58,720 nt of DNA from an uncultured Thiotrichaceae bacterium (GCA_964466455.1 CAYXNL010000004.1:1-58720); one strand, 5' to 3'; positions 13,550 to 26,236 are shown, counted from the stretch's first letter. Program-made: numbers and translations. Notes: generated by a model not told the origin, from the sequence alone.

Positions 13550-15655
13550 GTGGCTCGTACAACGCCAATCAGTCGCTATAGAAATATTGGCATTATGGCG
13601 CATATTGATGCCGGCAAAACGACAACCACAGAACGGATTCTTTACTACACTGGCATTTCTCATAAAATAGGTGAGGTTCATGATGGTGCCGCTACCATGG
13701 ACTGGATGGAACAGGAACAGGAGCGGGGTATTACGATTACTTCAGCAGCCACAACCTGTTTCTGGTCGGGCATGGAAAAGCAGTACGAACAGCACCGTAT
13801 CAATATTATTGATACGCCCGGACACGTTGATTTTACCATTGAGGTAGAGCGTTCATTGCGTGTTCTGGATGGAGCCTGTGCTGTATTCTGCGCTGTTGGT
13901 GGGGTTGAGCCGCAGTCGGAAACAGTGTGGCGCCAGGCAAATAAATATCATGTCCCACGGATGGTCTTTGTTAATAAAATGGATCGGGCCGGTGCGGATT
14001 TTCTGCGCGTTGTCGAACAGATAAAAGACCGTCTTGGCGCGAATTCTGTTGCGATGCAGGTTGCGATTGGTGCCGAAGAAAAATTTGAAGGGGTCGTTGA
14101 TCTCGTCAGAATGAAGGCGATTTACTGGAGTGAGGAAAACATGGGTTCGGTGTTTACCGAAACAGATGTTCCCGATGAATTGCAGGCCCTGTGTGAAGAA
14201 CGCCGTGAGCTGATGGTTGAAGCCGCCGCTGAGGCAAATGATGTATTAATGGGAAAATATCTGGAGACAGGTGATCTTGATGTGCAGGAAATTCGCCAGG
14301 GAATACGTGAACGTACACTGGCTAATGAAATTGTGCCGGCATTCTGTGGTTCTGCGTTTAAGAATAAAGGCGTGCAGGCAATGCTTGATGCCGTAATCGA
14401 CTATATGCCATCACCAGTAGATGTGCCACCAATAAAGGGCCATCTGGATGATAAAGATGAGACGGTAGCGGAGCGCCAGCCTGATGATAATGTTCCATTT
14501 GCTGCGCTGGGTTTTAAAATTGCGACAGATCCGTTTGTAGGGAACCTGACGTTTTTCAGGGTTTACTCTGGTGTGTTAAAATCGGGTGACACGGTTTATA
14601 ACCCGGTGAAAGGTAAAAAAGAACGTGTTGGTCGTATTGTGCAGATGCATGCGAACAGCCGTGAAGAAGTCTCAGAGGTTTGCGCTGGCGATATTGCGGC
14701 CGCGATTGGGCTCAGAGACATTACCACCGGTGACACCTTATGTGATCCGAAAGCGGTTATTACGCTGGAAAAGATGGATTTTCCCGATCCGGTTATTTCG
14801 GTTGCTGTAGAGCCGAAAACGAAAGCGGATCAGGAAAAAATGGGTGTTGCGCTGGGTAAGCTGGCACATGAGGATCCTTCGTTTCGTGTCTATACGGATG
14901 AAGAATCGGGACAGACCATTATTTCGGGCATGGGCGAGTTGCACCTTGAGATAATTATTGACCGGATGAGACGTGAGTTTAATGTAGAGGCTAACGTTGG
15001 TAATCCACAGGTTGCCTACCGTGAGGCAATTAGCCGAACGGTAGAGCATGAAGCCAAATTTATACGTCAGTCTGGTGGTAAGGGTCAATATGGGCATGTG
15101 TATCTGCGTTTAGAATCGCGAACACCAGGCGATGGTTATGAATTTGTCAACAAAATTGTTGGTGGCACCATACCAAAAGAGTTTATTCCTGCTGTTGATA
15201 AAGGTGTGCAGGATCAGATGAAAAATGGTGTGCTGGCAGGGTATCCGATTGAAGATGTTTGTGTGACTCTGTTTGATGGTTCGTATCATGATGTTGATTC
15301 GAGTGAGCTGGCGTTTAAAATTGCCGGTTCAATCTGTTTTAGAGAAGCGGCACTGGAGGCCGGTCCAAAGTTACTGGAACCGATAATGAAGGTCGAAGTG
15401 GTTACTCCAGGGGAATATATGGGCGATGTCATGGGTGACCTGAGCCGACGACGTGGTATTGTCAGCGGTATGGAAGACACTGTGTTGGGGAAGAATATTA
15501 GAGCGGACGTGCCGTTGTCAGAAATGTTTGGTTATGCAACAGCGTTGCGTTCGGCTACGCAGGGTCGGGCAACCTATTCAATGGAATTTGAAAAATATGC
15601 GCAGGCGCCAAAGGTCATTGCGGACGCGGTGATTAGTAGTAAAACAGGGTATTGA
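13550..15655 (+). CDS. fusA: Elongation factor G
   Basis: [35 protein letters not shown]; GTG start. Confidence 0.99.
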   Translation: MARTTPISRYRNIGIMAHIDAGKTTTTERILYYTGISHKIGEVHDGAATMDWMEQEQERGITITSAATTCFWSGMEKQYEQHRINIIDTPGHVDFTIEVERSLRVLDGACAVFCAVGGVEPQSETVWRQANKYHVPRMVFVNKMDRAGADFLRVVEQIKDRLGANSVAMQVAIGAEEKFEGVVDLVRMKAIYWSEENMGSVFTETDVPDELQALCEERRELMVEAAAEANDVLMGKYLETGDLDVQEIRQGIRERTLANEIVPAFCGSAFKNKGVQAMLDAVIDYMPSPVDVPPIKGHLDDKDETVAERQPDDNVPFAALGFKIATDPFVGNLTFFRVYSGVLKSGDTVYNPVKGKKERVGRIVQMHANSREEVSEVCAGDIAAAIGLRDITTGDTLCDPKAVITLEKMDFPDPVISVAVEPKTKADQEKMGVALGKLAHEDPSFRVYTDEESGQTIISGMGELHLEIIIDRMRREFNVEANVGNPQVAYREAISRTVEHEAKFIRQSGGKGQYGHVYLRLESRTPGDGYEFVNKIVGGTIPKEFIPAVDKGVQDQMKNGVLAGYPIEDVCVTLFDGSYHDVDSSELAFKIAGSICFREAALEAGPKLLEPIMKVEVVTPGEYMGDVMGDLSRRRGIVSGMEDTVLGKNIRADVPLSEMFGYATALRSATQGRATYSMEFEKYAQAPKVIADAVISSKTGY

Positions 15656-15709
15656 AGCAACTTTATTTTTATTATTTTTATTATTTAAGAATTCAGAGAG
15701 GTAATAACA

Positions 15710-16900
15710 GTGTCCAAGGAAAAGTTTAAAAGAACCAAGCCACATGTAAATGTAGGCACAATTGGTCACGTAGACCACGGTAAAACCACACTGACAGCCG
15801 CGCTGACGAAGGTAATGGCGGAATCACAGGGCGGTGAAGTAAAAGCATTTGACCAGATAGATAATGCCCCGGAAGAACGTGCGCGAGGTATAACGATTGC
15901 GACCTCACACGTAGAATACGAAAGTGAGAACCGCCACTATGCTCACGTAGACTGTCCGGGACATGCTGACTATGTGAAGAACATGATAACCGGTGCAGCG
16001 CAGATGGACGGAGCGATATTAGTGGTATCGGCGGCAGATGGTCCAATGCCACAGACCCGTGAGCACATACTGCTGTCGCGTCAGGTAGGCGTACCGTATG
16101 TACTGGTGTACATGAACAAGGCAGACATGGTTGATGATGAAGAGCTATTAGAGCTGGTTGAAATGGAAATTCGTGAACTGCTTGATGCCTATGAATTTCC
16201 TGGTGATGACACACCAATTATTATTGGTTCAGCACTGAAAGCGCTGGAAGGTGACAGCTCTGAAATTGGCGCGCCATCGATTCTCAAGCTGGTTGCTGCG
16301 ATGGATGATTACATTCCGCTGCCAGAGCGTGCGATTGACCAGCCATTTTTGATGCCGGTTGAGGATGTATTCTCAATCTCCGGACGTGGTACAGTGGTAA
16401 CGGGACGGATTGAGCGTGGTGTTGTTAACGTTGGGGATGAGATTGAGATTGTTGGTATACGCGACACCCAGACGACGATCTGTACAGGCGTAGAGATGTT
16501 TCGTAAGTTGCTGGATCAGGGTGAAGCGGGTGATAACGTTGGTTTGTTACTCCGTGGACTGAAGCGCGAAGAAGTGGAGCGTGGACAGGTTTGTTGTAAA
16601 CCTGGAAGTGTTAAGCCACACACCAAGTTTGAATGTGAAGTGTATGTACTGAGCAAGGATGAAGGTGGTCGCCACACGCCATTTTTTAATAACTATCGTC
16701 CACAGTTTTACTTCCGTACCACGGATGTAACCGGTGCCTGTGATTTACCGGAAGGAACCGAGATGGTAATGCCGGGCGATAACGTTAAGATGACGGTTAC
16801 GCTGATTAACCCGATTGCGATGGAAGAAGGCCTACGCTTTGCGATACGTGAAGGTGGTCGCACAGTGGGTGCCGGTGTGGTATCTAAAATTATTGAGTAA
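15710..16900 (+). CDS. tuf: Elongation factor Tu (str-operon copy)
   Basis: [28 protein letters not shown]. Confidence 0.99.
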   Translation: MSKEKFKRTKPHVNVGTIGHVDHGKTTLTAALTKVMAESQGGEVKAFDQIDNAPEERARGITIATSHVEYESENRHYAHVDCPGHADYVKNMITGAAQMDGAILVVSAADGPMPQTREHILLSRQVGVPYVLVYMNKADMVDDEELLELVEMEIRELLDAYEFPGDDTPIIIGSALKALEGDSSEIGAPSILKLVAAMDDYIPLPERAIDQPFLMPVEDVFSISGRGTVVTGRIERGVVNVGDEIEIVGIRDTQTTICTGVEMFRKLLDQGEAGDNVGLLLRGLKREEVERGQVCCKPGSVKPHTKFECEVYVLSKDEGGRHTPFFNNYRPQFYFRTTDVTGACDLPEGTEMVMPGDNVKMTVTLINPIAMEEGLRFAIREGGRTVGAGVVSKIIE

Positions 16901-17020
16901 TTAAATACTCGAAATACCGCCGAATTCACGGTTGTTGTACAAAGAGATGAGAGCGAATACTTTTTGCACGGTGGTGAATTTGGTTGGTATTATGAATGGT
17001 TATAAAACATTAGGATTATT

Positions 17021-17332
17021 ATGGCAAATCAACATATAAGAATTCGTCTAAAGGCGTTTGATCATCACCTGATTGATAAATCAGCCAGTGAAATCGTCGA
17101 CACGGCAAAACGTACCGGGGCACATGTAAAAGGTCCGATTCCGCTACCAACGAAAAAAGAACGCTTTACAATACTGATTTCACCGCATGTAAACAAAGAT
17201 GCGCGTGACCAGTATGAGATACGTACACATAAGCGTATGCTTGATATTATTGACCCCACAGATAAAACAGTAGATGCCTTAATGAAGCTTGACCTGTCTG
17301 CTGGTGTTGATGTACAGATTAAATTAAATTAA
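17021..17332 (+). CDS. rpsJ: 30S ribosomal protein S10
   Basis: [24 protein letters not shown]. Confidence 0.99.
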   Translation: MANQHIRIRLKAFDHHLIDKSASEIVDTAKRTGAHVKGPIPLPTKKERFTILISPHVNKDARDQYEIRTHKRMLDIIDPTDKTVDALMKLDLSAGVDVQIKLN

Positions 17333-17351
17333 TACCGGATTGAAAATAGTG

Positions 17352-17388
17352 TTGTTATAAGCGGGAAAACCCTGTTATAATAGCGCGC
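17352..17388 (+). promoter_or_regulatory. Extended -10 sigma70 promoter between rpsJ and rplC
   Basis: TG-T-TATAAT (17373-17381) followed by GC-rich AGCGCGC; TTGTTA lies 18 bp upstream of the -10 hexamer. Confidence 0.7.
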
Positions 17389-17587
17389 TTTGTTGCACAG
17401 CGAACAGTAATTTCTGTAACGTTTATAGCACAAAGATTCTACTTATCGTAAGTCCTCTACGGGATACTGCGAAAACGTAATATTTAGAGCCGGATGGTGT
17501 CAGTCGAAAAAGACTGTTGTTATCCGACAACTTTTGTAGAATAACAGATTCGATAACCCTGACTGGTTTTGTTTCAGGGTTTAGTGG

Positions 17588-17628
17588 CTGGCTTACGCCG
17601 GAAAAAGTTTCCGGTAGCCAGTTTTTTT
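17588..17628 (+). terminator. Intrinsic terminator/attenuator-like hairpin just upstream of the rplC RBS
   Basis: CTGGCT(TACG)CCGGAAA-AAG-TTTCCGG-TAGCCAG followed by T7. Confidence 0.7.
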
Positions 17629-17645
17629 ATTGAGTAGGAATCGAA

Positions 17646-18284
17646 ATGACTATTGGTGTTGTTGGTAGAAAAGCGGGTATGACGCGAGTCTTTACTGAGG
17701 ATGGTGTTTCCATTCCGGTAAGCGTAATAGAAGTAACATCGAATCGTATCACCCAGATAAAAACAGACAAAACGGATGGTTATCAGGCTGTGCAGATCAC
17801 AACTGGTACAAAGAAAGCCTCCCGAGTAACAAAACCGATGGCTGGGCATTATGCTAAAGCAGGTGTTGAAGCTGGTCGTGGTCTCTGGGAATTTCGTATA
17901 GATGGTGATGAAGCGGCTGAGCTCACAGTAGGTGGTGAAGTGTCGGTTGGTATCTTTAAGGCAGGCCAGAAGGTAGATGTTACTGGTCGTACCATTGGTA
18001 AGGGTTTTCAGGGTGGAATCAAGCGTCATCATTTCACCATGCAGGACGCGACACATGGTAACTCCATTTCGCATCGTTCTAATGGTTCGATTGGTATGTG
18101 TCAGACTCCTGGTCGAGTAATAAAAGGAAAGAAAATGTCTGGGCACATGGGAAATGTACAACGGACTATGCAGATGCTGGAACTTGTCCGTGTCGATGAA
18201 GAGCGTGGTTTGCTGCTGGTTAAAGGGGCAATTCCTGGTGCAAAAGGTGCTGATGTTATTATCAGTCCCGCAGTAAAGACCTGA
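17646..18284 (+). CDS. rplC: 50S ribosomal protein L3
   Basis: [29 protein letters not shown]. Confidence 0.99.
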   Translation: MTIGVVGRKAGMTRVFTEDGVSIPVSVIEVTSNRITQIKTDKTDGYQAVQITTGTKKASRVTKPMAGHYAKAGVEAGRGLWEFRIDGDEAAELTVGGEVSVGIFKAGQKVDVTGRTIGKGFQGGIKRHHFTMQDATHGNSISHRSNGSIGMCQTPGRVIKGKKMSGHMGNVQRTMQMLELVRVDEERGLLLVKGAIPGAKGADVIISPAVKT

Positions 18285-18386
18285 GAATTAATGGTTCGTA
18301 ATAAGTAACCTGTGAAAATGACCTGTAATAGATAATCCGGATCTGAATTTTTCAGATGAATGTTTAAGAGTTTTTGGTAGAGAATA

Positions 18387-18992
18387 ATGGATCTGCAATT
18401 ACATAATAGTAAAGAATCAATTACTGTATCTGATGCGGTATTTGGTCTTGAATATAAAGAAAGTTTGGTTCATCAGTTAGTAACAGCGTATATGGCTGGT
18501 GCTCGTGCGGGTACTAAAGCGCAAAAAAACAGGTCGGCAGTAAGTGGTGGTGGAGCCAAGCCATGGGCGCAAAAAGGTAGTGGTCGTGCACGAGCTGGTA
18601 CAATTCGTAGTCCGATCTGGCGTAGCGGTGGTATCACCTTTGCCGCACAGCCTCGTGACTATACGCAGAAAGTTAATAAAAAAATGTACAGAGCAGGTGT
18701 GCGTTCCATTCTTTCTGAGCTAAATCGGAAGCAGCGTTTAGTTATTGTGGAAGATATTACAGTTGATGCCCCCAAAACCAGGCAGATGGCTGAGAAGCTA
18801 AAAGAACTGGGTGTGAGTAAAACCCTGGTGATTACTGAGACAGGGGATGAAAAACTCTATCTGTCAGCACGCAATCTGCCCTATGTGGAAGTGACTGACG
18901 TAGCCGGTATGAATCCTGTTAGTCTGTTGCGTTATGATCACGTTGTTGCCACCGTTGGTGCTGTGCGCGTAATAGAGGAGCTACTGTCATGA
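18387..18992 (+). CDS. rplD: 50S ribosomal protein L4
   Basis: [22 protein letters not shown]. Confidence 0.99.
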   Translation: MDLQLHNSKESITVSDAVFGLEYKESLVHQLVTAYMAGARAGTKAQKNRSAVSGGGAKPWAQKGSGRARAGTIRSPIWRSGGITFAAQPRDYTQKVNKKMYRAGVRSILSELNRKQRLVIVEDITVDAPKTRQMAEKLKELGVSKTLVITETGDEKLYLSARNLPYVEVTDVAGMNPVSLLRYDHVVATVGAVRVIEELLS

Positions 18993-19285
18993 ATCAGGAA
19001 CGTATATATCAGATACTACTTGCTCCTCATGTCTCGGAAAAAGCCGCATTACTTGCTGATGAGAAAAATCAGCATGTATTTAAAGTGTTATCAACGGCCA
19101 CAAAAATGGAAGTTAAACAAGCTGTTGAAGCAATGTTTAATGTAAAGGTAAGCAAGGTGCGGATTACAAATACCAGGGGTAAAAGCAAGCGTTTTAGTGG
19201 TCGTATGGGTAAATGCTCTGATCTGCGGAAAGCTTACGTTACACTAATGCCCGGCAGCGACATTGATTTTGCAGGCGCACATTAA
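18989..19285 (+). CDS. rplW: 50S ribosomal protein L23
   Basis: [14 protein letters not shown]; S10-operon order. Confidence 0.98.
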   Translation: MNQERIYQILLAPHVSEKAALLADEKNQHVFKVLSTATKMEVKQAVEAMFNVKVSKVRITNTRGKSKRFSGRMGKCSDLRKAYVTLMPGSDIDFAGAH

Positions 19286-19314
19286 TTTATAGCATTGAGA
19301 TTAAAGACTGAATT

Positions 19315-20142
19315 ATGGCAATAGTAAAAACAAAGCCAACCTCTCCAGGACGCCGTTTTGTCGTCAAGGTTGTTAATAAAGAGCTGCATAAAGGTGCTCC
19401 CGAGCGTTCGCTTACCGAACATAAACATCGCTCCGGTGGGCGCAATAATGCAGGCCGTATCAGTGTGCGGCACATTGGTGGTGGACACAAACAGCGTTAT
19501 CGTCTAATAGATTTCAAGCGTAATAAAGACGGTGTTCAGGCGCGCGTTGATCGTATTGAATACGACCCGAACCGTACTGCAAATATTGCACTACTGGTAT
19601 ATTGCGATGGTGAAAAACGCTACATTATCGCACCGAAAGGCGTAAAGGCAGGTGATGTGCTTCAGTCGGGCAGAGATGTGCCGATTAAAGCCGGTAATTG
19701 TCTACCAATTGCAAATATTCCAGTCGGTACCCTGGTTCACTGTGTAGAAATGAAACCAGGCAAAGGTGCGCAGATCGCCCGCAGTGCCGGTGCCACAGCA
19801 CAATTGCTTGCACGCGAAGGCATTTATGCAACGTTACGTTTGCGTTCTGGTGAAATGCGTAAAATCCATACGGATTGTCGAGCCACTATTGGTGAGGTTG
19901 GTAACTCTGAACATGCCCTGCGTTCATTAGGTAAGGCAGGTGCTTCTCGCTGGCGTGGTGTTCGACCAACCGTTCGTGGTGTTGTGATGAATCCGGTTGA
20001 CCATCCACATGGTGGTGGTGAAGGTCGTACTTCTGGTGGACGCCACCCGGTATCACCATGGGGGATGCCAACTAAGGGATACCGTACCCGTAGTAACAAA
20101 CGTACTGATAACATGATTGTACGTCGACGCCACAAGAAATAA
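19315..20142 (+). CDS. rplB: 50S ribosomal protein L2
   Basis: [17 protein letters not shown]. Confidence 0.99.
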   Translation: MAIVKTKPTSPGRRFVVKVVNKELHKGAPERSLTEHKHRSGGRNNAGRISVRHIGGGHKQRYRLIDFKRNKDGVQARVDRIEYDPNRTANIALLVYCDGEKRYIIAPKGVKAGDVLQSGRDVPIKAGNCLPIANIPVGTLVHCVEMKPGKGAQIARSAGATAQLLAREGIYATLRLRSGEMRKIHTDCRATIGEVGNSEHALRSLGKAGASRWRGVRPTVRGVVMNPVDHPHGGGEGRTSGGRHPVSPWGMPTKGYRTRSNKRTDNMIVRRRHKK

Positions 20143-20192
20143 GTAAGCTAACTTAATTTGTAAAGAAACTGTTTTAACTAGAGGAATATCAA

Positions 20193-20468
20193 GTGCCACG
20201 TTCGTTAAAAAAAGGTCCATTTATTGACCATCACTTGTTAGATAAGGTTAATAAGGCTGTAGAAAGCAAAGATCGCAAACCAATAAAGACGTGGTCACGC
20301 CGTTCTACAATATTTCCTGAAATGGTCGGTTTGACGATCGCGGTGCATAACGGAAGACAGCATGTTCCTGTGCTAATAAATGAAAATATGGTTGGTCATA
20401 AGTTAGGTGAGTTTGCATTAACGCGAACCTACAGAGGCCATTCTGCTGACAAGAAAGCTAAGAAATAA
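20193..20468 (+). CDS. rpsS: 30S ribosomal protein S19
   Basis: [17 protein letters not shown]. Confidence 0.99.
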   Translation: MPRSLKKGPFIDHHLLDKVNKAVESKDRKPIKTWSRRSTIFPEMVGLTIAVHNGRQHVPVLINENMVGHKLGEFALTRTYRGHSADKKAKK

Positions 20469-20478
20469 AGGTACTGTT

Positions 20479-20811
20479 GTGGAAGTAGAGGCTAAATATA
20501 GATTTGCACGCATATCTCCTCAGAAATGTCGGCTGATAGCTGATCAGATTCGTGGGATGCCGGTAGAAGCAGCGCTGGAGACTTTGAACTTTGGAATCAC
20601 TCGATCTTCTGATCTGATGAAAAAAGTTCTTGAATCAGCGATTGCTAATGCAGAACATAATGAAGGTGCGGATATTGATGAATTACGTGTTTCTAAGATA
20701 TATGTGGACGAAGGTCCGACAATGAAACGTATCCGTCCGCGTGCAAAAGGACGCGCTAACCGAATTTTAAAGCGCACAAGCCATATTACTGTTTGTGTTG
20801 CAGATCGCTAA
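20479..20811 (+). CDS. rplV: 50S ribosomal protein L22
   Basis: [16 protein letters not shown]. Confidence 0.99.
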   Translation: MEVEAKYRFARISPQKCRLIADQIRGMPVEAALETLNFGITRSSDLMKKVLESAIANAEHNEGADIDELRVSKIYVDEGPTMKRIRPRAKGRANRILKRTSHITVCVADR

Positions 20812-20823
20812 AGAGAGTTAAAT

Positions 20824-21519
20824 ATGGGTCAAAAAGTACATCCGATAGGAATCCGTCTGGGTATTTCAACTGACTGGAATTCAAGATGGTATGCGAATAG
20901 CGCTGATTTTCCTGATCTGCTCAATGCAGATATTAAAGTCAGAGAATTTCTGCATAAGAAACTTGCCAACGCAAATGTAAGTAAAATTCATATTGAGCGT
21001 CCGACACGTTCTGCATCAATAACAATTCATACCGCAAGACCGGGTGTTGTAATTGGTAAGAAAGGTGCAGATATTGAAAGTTTGCGACGGGAAGTTGCAA
21101 GTTTAATTGGTCTTCATATAAATAGCGTCAAGTTAAATATTGAAGAGATTCGTAAGCCCGAGCTGGATGCAAAACTGGTTGCTGAAAGTATTGCTCAGCA
21201 ACTCGAACGTCGTGTTATGTTTCGTCGTGCGATGAAACGCGCGATCCAGAATACAATGCGAATGGGTGCGCTGGGAGTCAAAATTAAGATTGGTGGTCGC
21301 TTAAATGGTGCTGAAATTGCACGTAGTGAACAGTATGCGGAAGGTCGTGTACCTCTGCACACTCTGCGTGCCGATATTGATTATGGTTTTCATGAAGCAT
21401 TGACTACTTACGGCATACTTGGAATTAAAGTCTGGATATACAAAGGTGAGATTTTTGACCTTTATAAGTCACAGGACACAAAAGAAACTGCAAAAGCGGG
21501 CACTGCTGCAACAAAATAA
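20824..21519 (+). CDS. rpsC: 30S ribosomal protein S3
   Basis: [26 protein letters not shown]. Confidence 0.99.
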   Translation: MGQKVHPIGIRLGISTDWNSRWYANSADFPDLLNADIKVREFLHKKLANANVSKIHIERPTRSASITIHTARPGVVIGKKGADIESLRREVASLIGLHINSVKLNIEEIRKPELDAKLVAESIAQQLERRVMFRRAMKRAIQNTMRMGALGVKIKIGGRLNGAEIARSEQYAEGRVPLHTLRADIDYGFHEALTTYGILGIKVWIYKGEIFDLYKSQDTKETAKAGTAATK

Positions 21520-21543
21520 CTGCTTTAGCTAGAGGAATAAGAA

Positions 21544-21957
21544 GTGTTACAACCTAAGCGCACAAAATTTCGTAAAATGTTTAAGGGTAAGAATCGTGGT
21601 CTTGCCCAGACCGGTAATAAGGTTAGTTTCGGTGAATATGGTCTGAAGGCAACAGAACGTGGTCGTGTATCGGCTCGCCAGATAGAGGCGGCACGCCGTG
21701 CGATGACGCGCCACGTTAAACGTAGTGGAAAAATCTGGATTAGAGTTTTTCCTGATGTGCCTATATCCAGCAAGCCACTGGAAGTTCGGATGGGTAAAGG
21801 TAAAGGTAATGTTGATTACTGGGTTTCGAAAGTACAGCCTGGCACAGTTTTGTATGAAATAGAAGGTGTATCAGAAAGCCTGGCCAGAGAAGCATTCCAG
21901 TTGGCGGCTGCAAAATTACCTGTTAAAACAATTTTTGTAACACGCGCGGTGATGTAA
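21544..21957 (+). CDS. rplP: 50S ribosomal protein L16
   Basis: [17 protein letters not shown]. Confidence 0.99.
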   Translation: MLQPKRTKFRKMFKGKNRGLAQTGNKVSFGEYGLKATERGRVSARQIEAARRAMTRHVKRSGKIWIRVFPDVPISSKPLEVRMGKGKGNVDYWVSKVQPGTVLYEIEGVSESLAREAFQLAAAKLPVKTIFVTRAVM

Positions 21958-22170
21958 ATGGCAACTGCAGAAGATTATAGAAAAATGTCCGCAAAGGACC
22001 TGAATGACGAATTATTAAGTTTACGACGTGAACAGTTTAATTTGCGTATGCAACTGGGCTCTGGCAATACACCCAAGATTCATCGTTTTAGTACAGTTCG
22101 TCATGATATTGCACGTATTAAAACTGTTCTGACAGAGACTAAAAAAGCCAACTTAAAAGGTGACGCATAA
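21958..22170 (+). CDS. rpmC: 50S ribosomal protein L29
   Basis: EQFNLRMQ...RHDIARIKT. Confidence 0.97.
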   Translation: MATAEDYRKMSAKDLNDELLSLRREQFNLRMQLGSGNTPKIHRFSTVRHDIARIKTVLTETKKANLKGDA

Positions 22171-22451
22171 TGTCCCAGGAAGAATTGACTATGACTGAGA
22201 CAAAGCAACGAACCCTGACTGGTATCGTTACAAGTAATGCTGGTGATAAGTCTGTGACTATTATGATAGAACGTCGTATAAAACATCCTATATATGGCAA
22301 ATATATCAAACGTTCAACACGATTGCGTGTGCATGATGAAGCAAATGAATGTAACCATGGGGATACTATTATTGTTGAACAGTGTCGTCCAATGTCAAAG
22401 ACCAAGTCCTGGCGACTTGTCAAAGTTATTGAAAAAGCAGCAGAGCTTTAA
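22170..22451 (+). CDS. rpsQ: 30S ribosomal protein S17
   Basis: [15 protein letters not shown]; start could be a downstream Met. Confidence 0.97.
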   Translation: MSQEELTMTETKQRTLTGIVTSNAGDKSVTIMIERRIKHPIYGKYIKRSTRLRVHDEANECNHGDTIIVEQCRPMSKTKSWRLVKVIEKAAEL

Positions 22452-22480
22452 CTGCTAGAGAAAAGAGATAGGAGCAGGTC

Positions 22481-22849
22481 ATGATACAAATGCAAACAGT
22501 TTTAAATGCTGCAGATAATAGTGGTGCACGCAGTATGATGTGTATTAAAGTGTTGGGTGGATCGCATAGACGCTATGCTTCCGTTGGAGATGTTATTAAG
22601 GTTAGTATTAAAGATGCTATTCCACGAGGTAAAGTAAAAAAGGGCGAAGTTTATAATGCCGTAGTTGTGCGTACAAAGAAAGGAATACGTCGTGCAGATG
22701 GCTCCAGTATTCGTTTTGATGGTAATGCAGCTGTTATATTAAATGCATCATTACAACCGGTAGGAACACGCATTTTTGGACCGGTAACAAGAGAATTACG
22801 AACACAGAATTTTATGAAAATAGTCTCACTGGCTCCTGAAGTCTTATAA
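22481..22849 (+). CDS. rplN: 50S ribosomal protein L14
   Basis: [21 protein letters not shown]. Confidence 0.99.
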   Translation: MIQMQTVLNAADNSGARSMMCIKVLGGSHRRYASVGDVIKVSIKDAIPRGKVKKGEVYNAVVVRTKKGIRRADGSSIRFDGNAAVILNASLQPVGTRIFGPVTRELRTQNFMKIVSLAPEVL

Positions 22850-22862
22850 GGTATATAACAGA

Positions 22863-23177
22863 ATGAAACGTATTAAAAAAGGTGATCAGGTCATCGTTAT
22901 AGCTGGAAAAGATAAGGGTCGTCAGGGTACTGTGCTGAAGGTTGCTGATGACAGTGTTCTTGTTGAATCAGTAAACATGGTTAAGAAGCATACGAAACCA
23001 AATCCAACTGCAGGTGTTGAAGGTGGTATTGTTGAGAAAACAATGCCAATGAATATCTCTAATGTCATGTTGTTTAATCCGATTATAAACAAGGGCGATA
23101 GAGTTGGTTTTAAAAAATTAGAAGATGGTCGCAAAGTTCGTTATTTTAAATCTAACGGCGAAGTTGTGGATGTTTAA
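22863..23177 (+). CDS. rplX: 50S ribosomal protein L24
   Basis: [19 protein letters not shown] motif. Confidence 0.99.
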   Translation: MKRIKKGDQVIVIAGKDKGRQGTVLKVADDSVLVESVNMVKKHTKPNPTAGVEGGIVEKTMPMNISNVMLFNPIINKGDRVGFKKLEDGRKVRYFKSNGEVVDV

Positions 23178-23189
23178 GGGTTATTTGTC

Positions 23190-23738
23190 ATGGCAAGATT
23201 AGAAGAATATTATCGCGATACTGTTGTTAAAAATTTATTAGCAACAGGCAACTATAAAAACGTAATGGATGTACCACGTATTACCAAAATCACCCTGAAT
23301 ATGGGTTTAGGTGAAGCAATAGGTGATAAAAAAGTACTTGAAAATGCACTTTCTGATATGGAAAAGATATCGGGTCAAAAGCCAGTGACGACACTGGCCC
23401 GTAAATCTGTTGCTTCATTCAAAGTGCGAGATGGCTATCCAATTGGTTGTAAGGTAACGCTGAGAAGCAAAAGGATGTATGAATTTCTTGATCGCCTGAT
23501 TAGTATATCTGTTCCGCGTATCCGTGATTTTCGCGGGCTTAATCCACGTTCGTTTGATGGACGTGGAAACTACAATATGGGTGTCAGAGAACAGATTATT
23601 TTTCCAGAGATTGATTTTGAAAAAATAGACACCATTCGTGGTATGGATATTTGTATAACAACCACGGCTCGTGATAATGATAGTGGTTTTGCATTGTTAA
23701 AAGAATTTAATTTCCCATTTAAGGGTAGTAATAAATAG
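23190..23738 (+). CDS. rplE: 50S ribosomal protein L5
   Basis: [22 protein letters not shown]. Confidence 0.99.
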   Translation: MARLEEYYRDTVVKNLLATGNYKNVMDVPRITKITLNMGLGEAIGDKKVLENALSDMEKISGQKPVTTLARKSVASFKVRDGYPIGCKVTLRSKRMYEFLDRLISISVPRIRDFRGLNPRSFDGRGNYNMGVREQIIFPEIDFEKIDTIRGMDICITTTARDNDSGFALLKEFNFPFKGSNK

Positions 23739-23739
23739 T

Positions 23740-24045
23740 ATGGCTAAAAACTCAATGATTGCGCGTGAGCATAAACGTGCAAAACTGGTAAAACAGTTTG
23801 CTGAGAAACGTGCTCAATATAAGGCTGTTCTGATCGATCAAAATGCAGATTTTGACGAAAAAATGGAAGCACAACGTAAATTACAAACACTCCCACGTGA
23901 TTCCTGTAAAGCACGGCAACGTAACCGTTGTCGTATTACAGGTCGTCCACATGGCGTTTATCGCAAGTTTGGACTATGTAGAAATAAATTACGCGAGGCA
24001 GCTATGCGTGGTGATATTCCCGGCCTGGTTAAGGCTAGTTGGTAG
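23740..24045 (+). CDS. rpsN: 30S ribosomal protein S14
   Basis: [20 protein letters not shown]. Confidence 0.99.
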   Translation: MAKNSMIAREHKRAKLVKQFAEKRAQYKAVLIDQNADFDEKMEAQRKLQTLPRDSCKARQRNRCRITGRPHGVYRKFGLCRNKLREAAMRGDIPGLVKASW

Positions 24046-24057
24046 GAGACTGGTATT

Positions 24058-24447
24058 ATGATGACAGATCCAATAGCAGATATGCTTACTCGAATTCGCA
24101 ATGCGCAGGCAGCGTTAAAAAGTGATGTCTTAATGCCCTCATCGAAACTAAAAATTGCGATTGCAAAAGTTTTGAAAAATGAAGGTTATATCACAGACTA
24201 CGAAGCTGATAATGCAGTTAAACCTACATTAACCGTAAGGTTGAAATATTTTGAAGGTCAGCCGGTTATTGATGAAATAAAACGGGTAAGTCGTCCAGGG
24301 TTGCGAATATATAAAAACAAAGATGAGTTGCCAAAAATATTAAATGGAATGGGTGTTGCCATCGTATCAACATCTGCCGGAGTAATGAGTGATCGCCAGG
24401 CCAGAAGAAAAGGTCGAGGTGGTGAAATTCTCTGTACTGTTGCCTGA
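24058..24447 (+). CDS. rpsH: 30S ribosomal protein S8
   Basis: [26 protein letters not shown]. Confidence 0.99.
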   Translation: MMTDPIADMLTRIRNAQAALKSDVLMPSSKLKIAIAKVLKNEGYITDYEADNAVKPTLTVRLKYFEGQPVIDEIKRVSRPGLRIYKNKDELPKILNGMGVAIVSTSAGVMSDRQARRKGRGGEILCTVA

Positions 24448-24501
24448 TTGTTATTAGATAAGCAGTATTACCACGATTAGAAGAATTTAGAGTAAAAAAA
24501 G

Positions 24502-25035
24502 ATGTCTCGTATAGCAAAAAAACCAGTTGTCATCAGCGATGGTGTTGAAGTTAATGTCAGTGGACAGACCGTGACTGCAAAAGGCAAGCATGGTAGCCTT
24601 TCGCTTGAAGTACACGGGATAGTGAAAGTAATGATAGAAAATAATACAGTTACTTTTGCACCTGCAAATGATTCTAAAACCTGTATGGCAATGGCGGGAA
24701 CCATGCGATCACTGGTTAATAATATGGTTCAGGGTGTGTCGGAAGGTTATAGTCGAACATTGCAGCTTGTTGGCGTTGGTTACAGGGCTCAGATTCAGGG
24801 TAATGTTCTGGATTTATCACTCGGTTTCTCACATCCGGTTAAGTATACAATCCCGGAAGGAATTTCTATAACAACTCCTAGCCAGACAGAGATATTTGTA
24901 AAAGGTGCAGATAAGCAGCATGTTGGACAGGTGTGTGCAGAAATTCGATCATATCGTCCACCGGAACCCTATAAAGGTAAAGGTATCAGATATTCTGATG
25001 AGCGTGTGATACGTAAGGAAGCCAAGAAGAAATAA
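24502..25035 (+). CDS. rplF: 50S ribosomal protein L6
   Basis: GVGYRA, RPPEPYKGKGIRY. Confidence 0.99.
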   Translation: MSRIAKKPVVISDGVEVNVSGQTVTAKGKHGSLSLEVHGIVKVMIENNTVTFAPANDSKTCMAMAGTMRSLVNNMVQGVSEGYSRTLQLVGVGYRAQIQGNVLDLSLGFSHPVKYTIPEGISITTPSQTEIFVKGADKQHVGQVCAEIRSYRPPEPYKGKGIRYSDERVIRKEAKKK

Positions 25036-25108
25036 TTAAGCTTCCCAGTTTAAATAATTATAGCGGCCTATGTAAAATAGCATAGGCAGATTAATACAGG
25101 TTGTCGCA

Positions 25109-25465
25109 ATGTTATCAAAAAAAATCAGTAGATTACGTAGAGCAAAACGGGTACGGGCAAAGATAAATGAAGTGGGCTCATACCGTCTGAGTGTACATCG
25201 TACACCAAAACATATTTATGCTCAGGTTATTTCACCTGATGGCAGTAAAGTTGTGGCAGCTGCTTCAACTCTGGAAAAAGATATTGCAACGGACATAAAA
25301 TATACGGGTAACGTTGAAGCTGCAACGCTAGTAGGAAAAGCTATTGCTGAAAAATCAAAAACAGCAGGTATTACCTCTGTTGCTTTTGATCGCTCCGGAT
25401 TTCGTTACCATGGGCGTGTAAAAGCACTTGCAGAATCTGCACGTGAAAATGGACTGGAATTTTAA
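25109..25465 (+). CDS. rplR: 50S ribosomal protein L18
   Basis: [16 protein letters not shown]. Confidence 0.99.
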   Translation: MLSKKISRLRRAKRVRAKINEVGSYRLSVHRTPKHIYAQVISPDGSKVVAAASTLEKDIATDIKYTGNVEAATLVGKAIAEKSKTAGITSVAFDRSGFRYHGRVKALAESARENGLEF

Positions 25466-25525
25466 TTCTAGATCCATTATTAAAAGCAGACTACATTTTA
25501 AATAGTTTAAGAATAGGTTTCAGGT

Positions 25526-26032
25526 ATGGCACAGGCAGAATCACCACAAGTTAAAGATGAGTACATTGAAAAACTGGTTGCGGTTAATCGTGTAGCAAAA
25601 GTTGTCAAGGGTGGCCGTCAGTTTGGGTTTACCGCTTTAACGGTAGTTGGAGATGGTAATGGAAAAATTGGTTTTGGTTATGGTAAGGCAAAAGAAGTAC
25701 CACTTGCCATACAAAAAGCAATGGATAAAGCCAGGAAAAACATGAAAACAATACACCTTAAAGGTGATACCCTGCATCATTCATTAACAGGTATTCATGG
25801 TGCTGCCAATGTATACATGCAGCCTGCTTCAGAGGGTACCGGTATTATTGCTGGCGGTGCGATGCGTGCGGTGTTTGAAGTCGTGGGTATAAAAAATGTA
25901 CTGGCGAAAATAAACGGTACACGTAATCCTGTTAATGTAGTTCGTGCGACCATTAACGGGTTAACTTCAATGTCATCTCCTGACTATATTGCAGCTAAAC
26001 GCGGCAAGACAGTTGAAGAGATACTCGGTTAG
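25526..26032 (+). CDS. rpsE: 30S ribosomal protein S5
   Basis: [18 protein letters not shown]. Confidence 0.99.
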   Translation: MAQAESPQVKDEYIEKLVAVNRVAKVVKGGRQFGFTALTVVGDGNGKIGFGYGKAKEVPLAIQKAMDKARKNMKTIHLKGDTLHHSLTGIHGAANVYMQPASEGTGIIAGGAMRAVFEVVGIKNVLAKINGTRNPVNVVRATINGLTSMSSPDYIAAKRGKTVEEILG

Positions 26033-26050
26033 GTTTAATGGTAACAGCTT

Positions 26051-26236
26051 ATGGCTAGTAAAGAACTTAAAATTACATTAATAAAAAGCCTGATTGGTCG
26101 TCTTAAATCTCATAAGGCATGTGCCAGAGGGCTTGGTTTGTTGCGTACACATCATACCGTTATGGTACAGGACACACCTGAAAACCGTGGCATGATTAAC
26201 AGGATTTCATATATGCTCAATATCGAGGAGCAATAA
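26051..26236 (+). CDS. rpmD: 50S ribosomal protein L30
   Basis: ITLIKSLIG...GLGL...NRGMI. Confidence 0.97.
   Translation: MASKELKITLIKSLIGRLKSHKACARGLGLLRTHHTVMVQDTPENRGMINRISYMLNIEEQ

Noticed and set aside
25066-25087. Small perfect hairpins in spacers (25066-25087, 30779-30810, 47581-47610)
   Set aside because: 7-8 bp stems without U-tracts or repeated copies; function cannot be supported.
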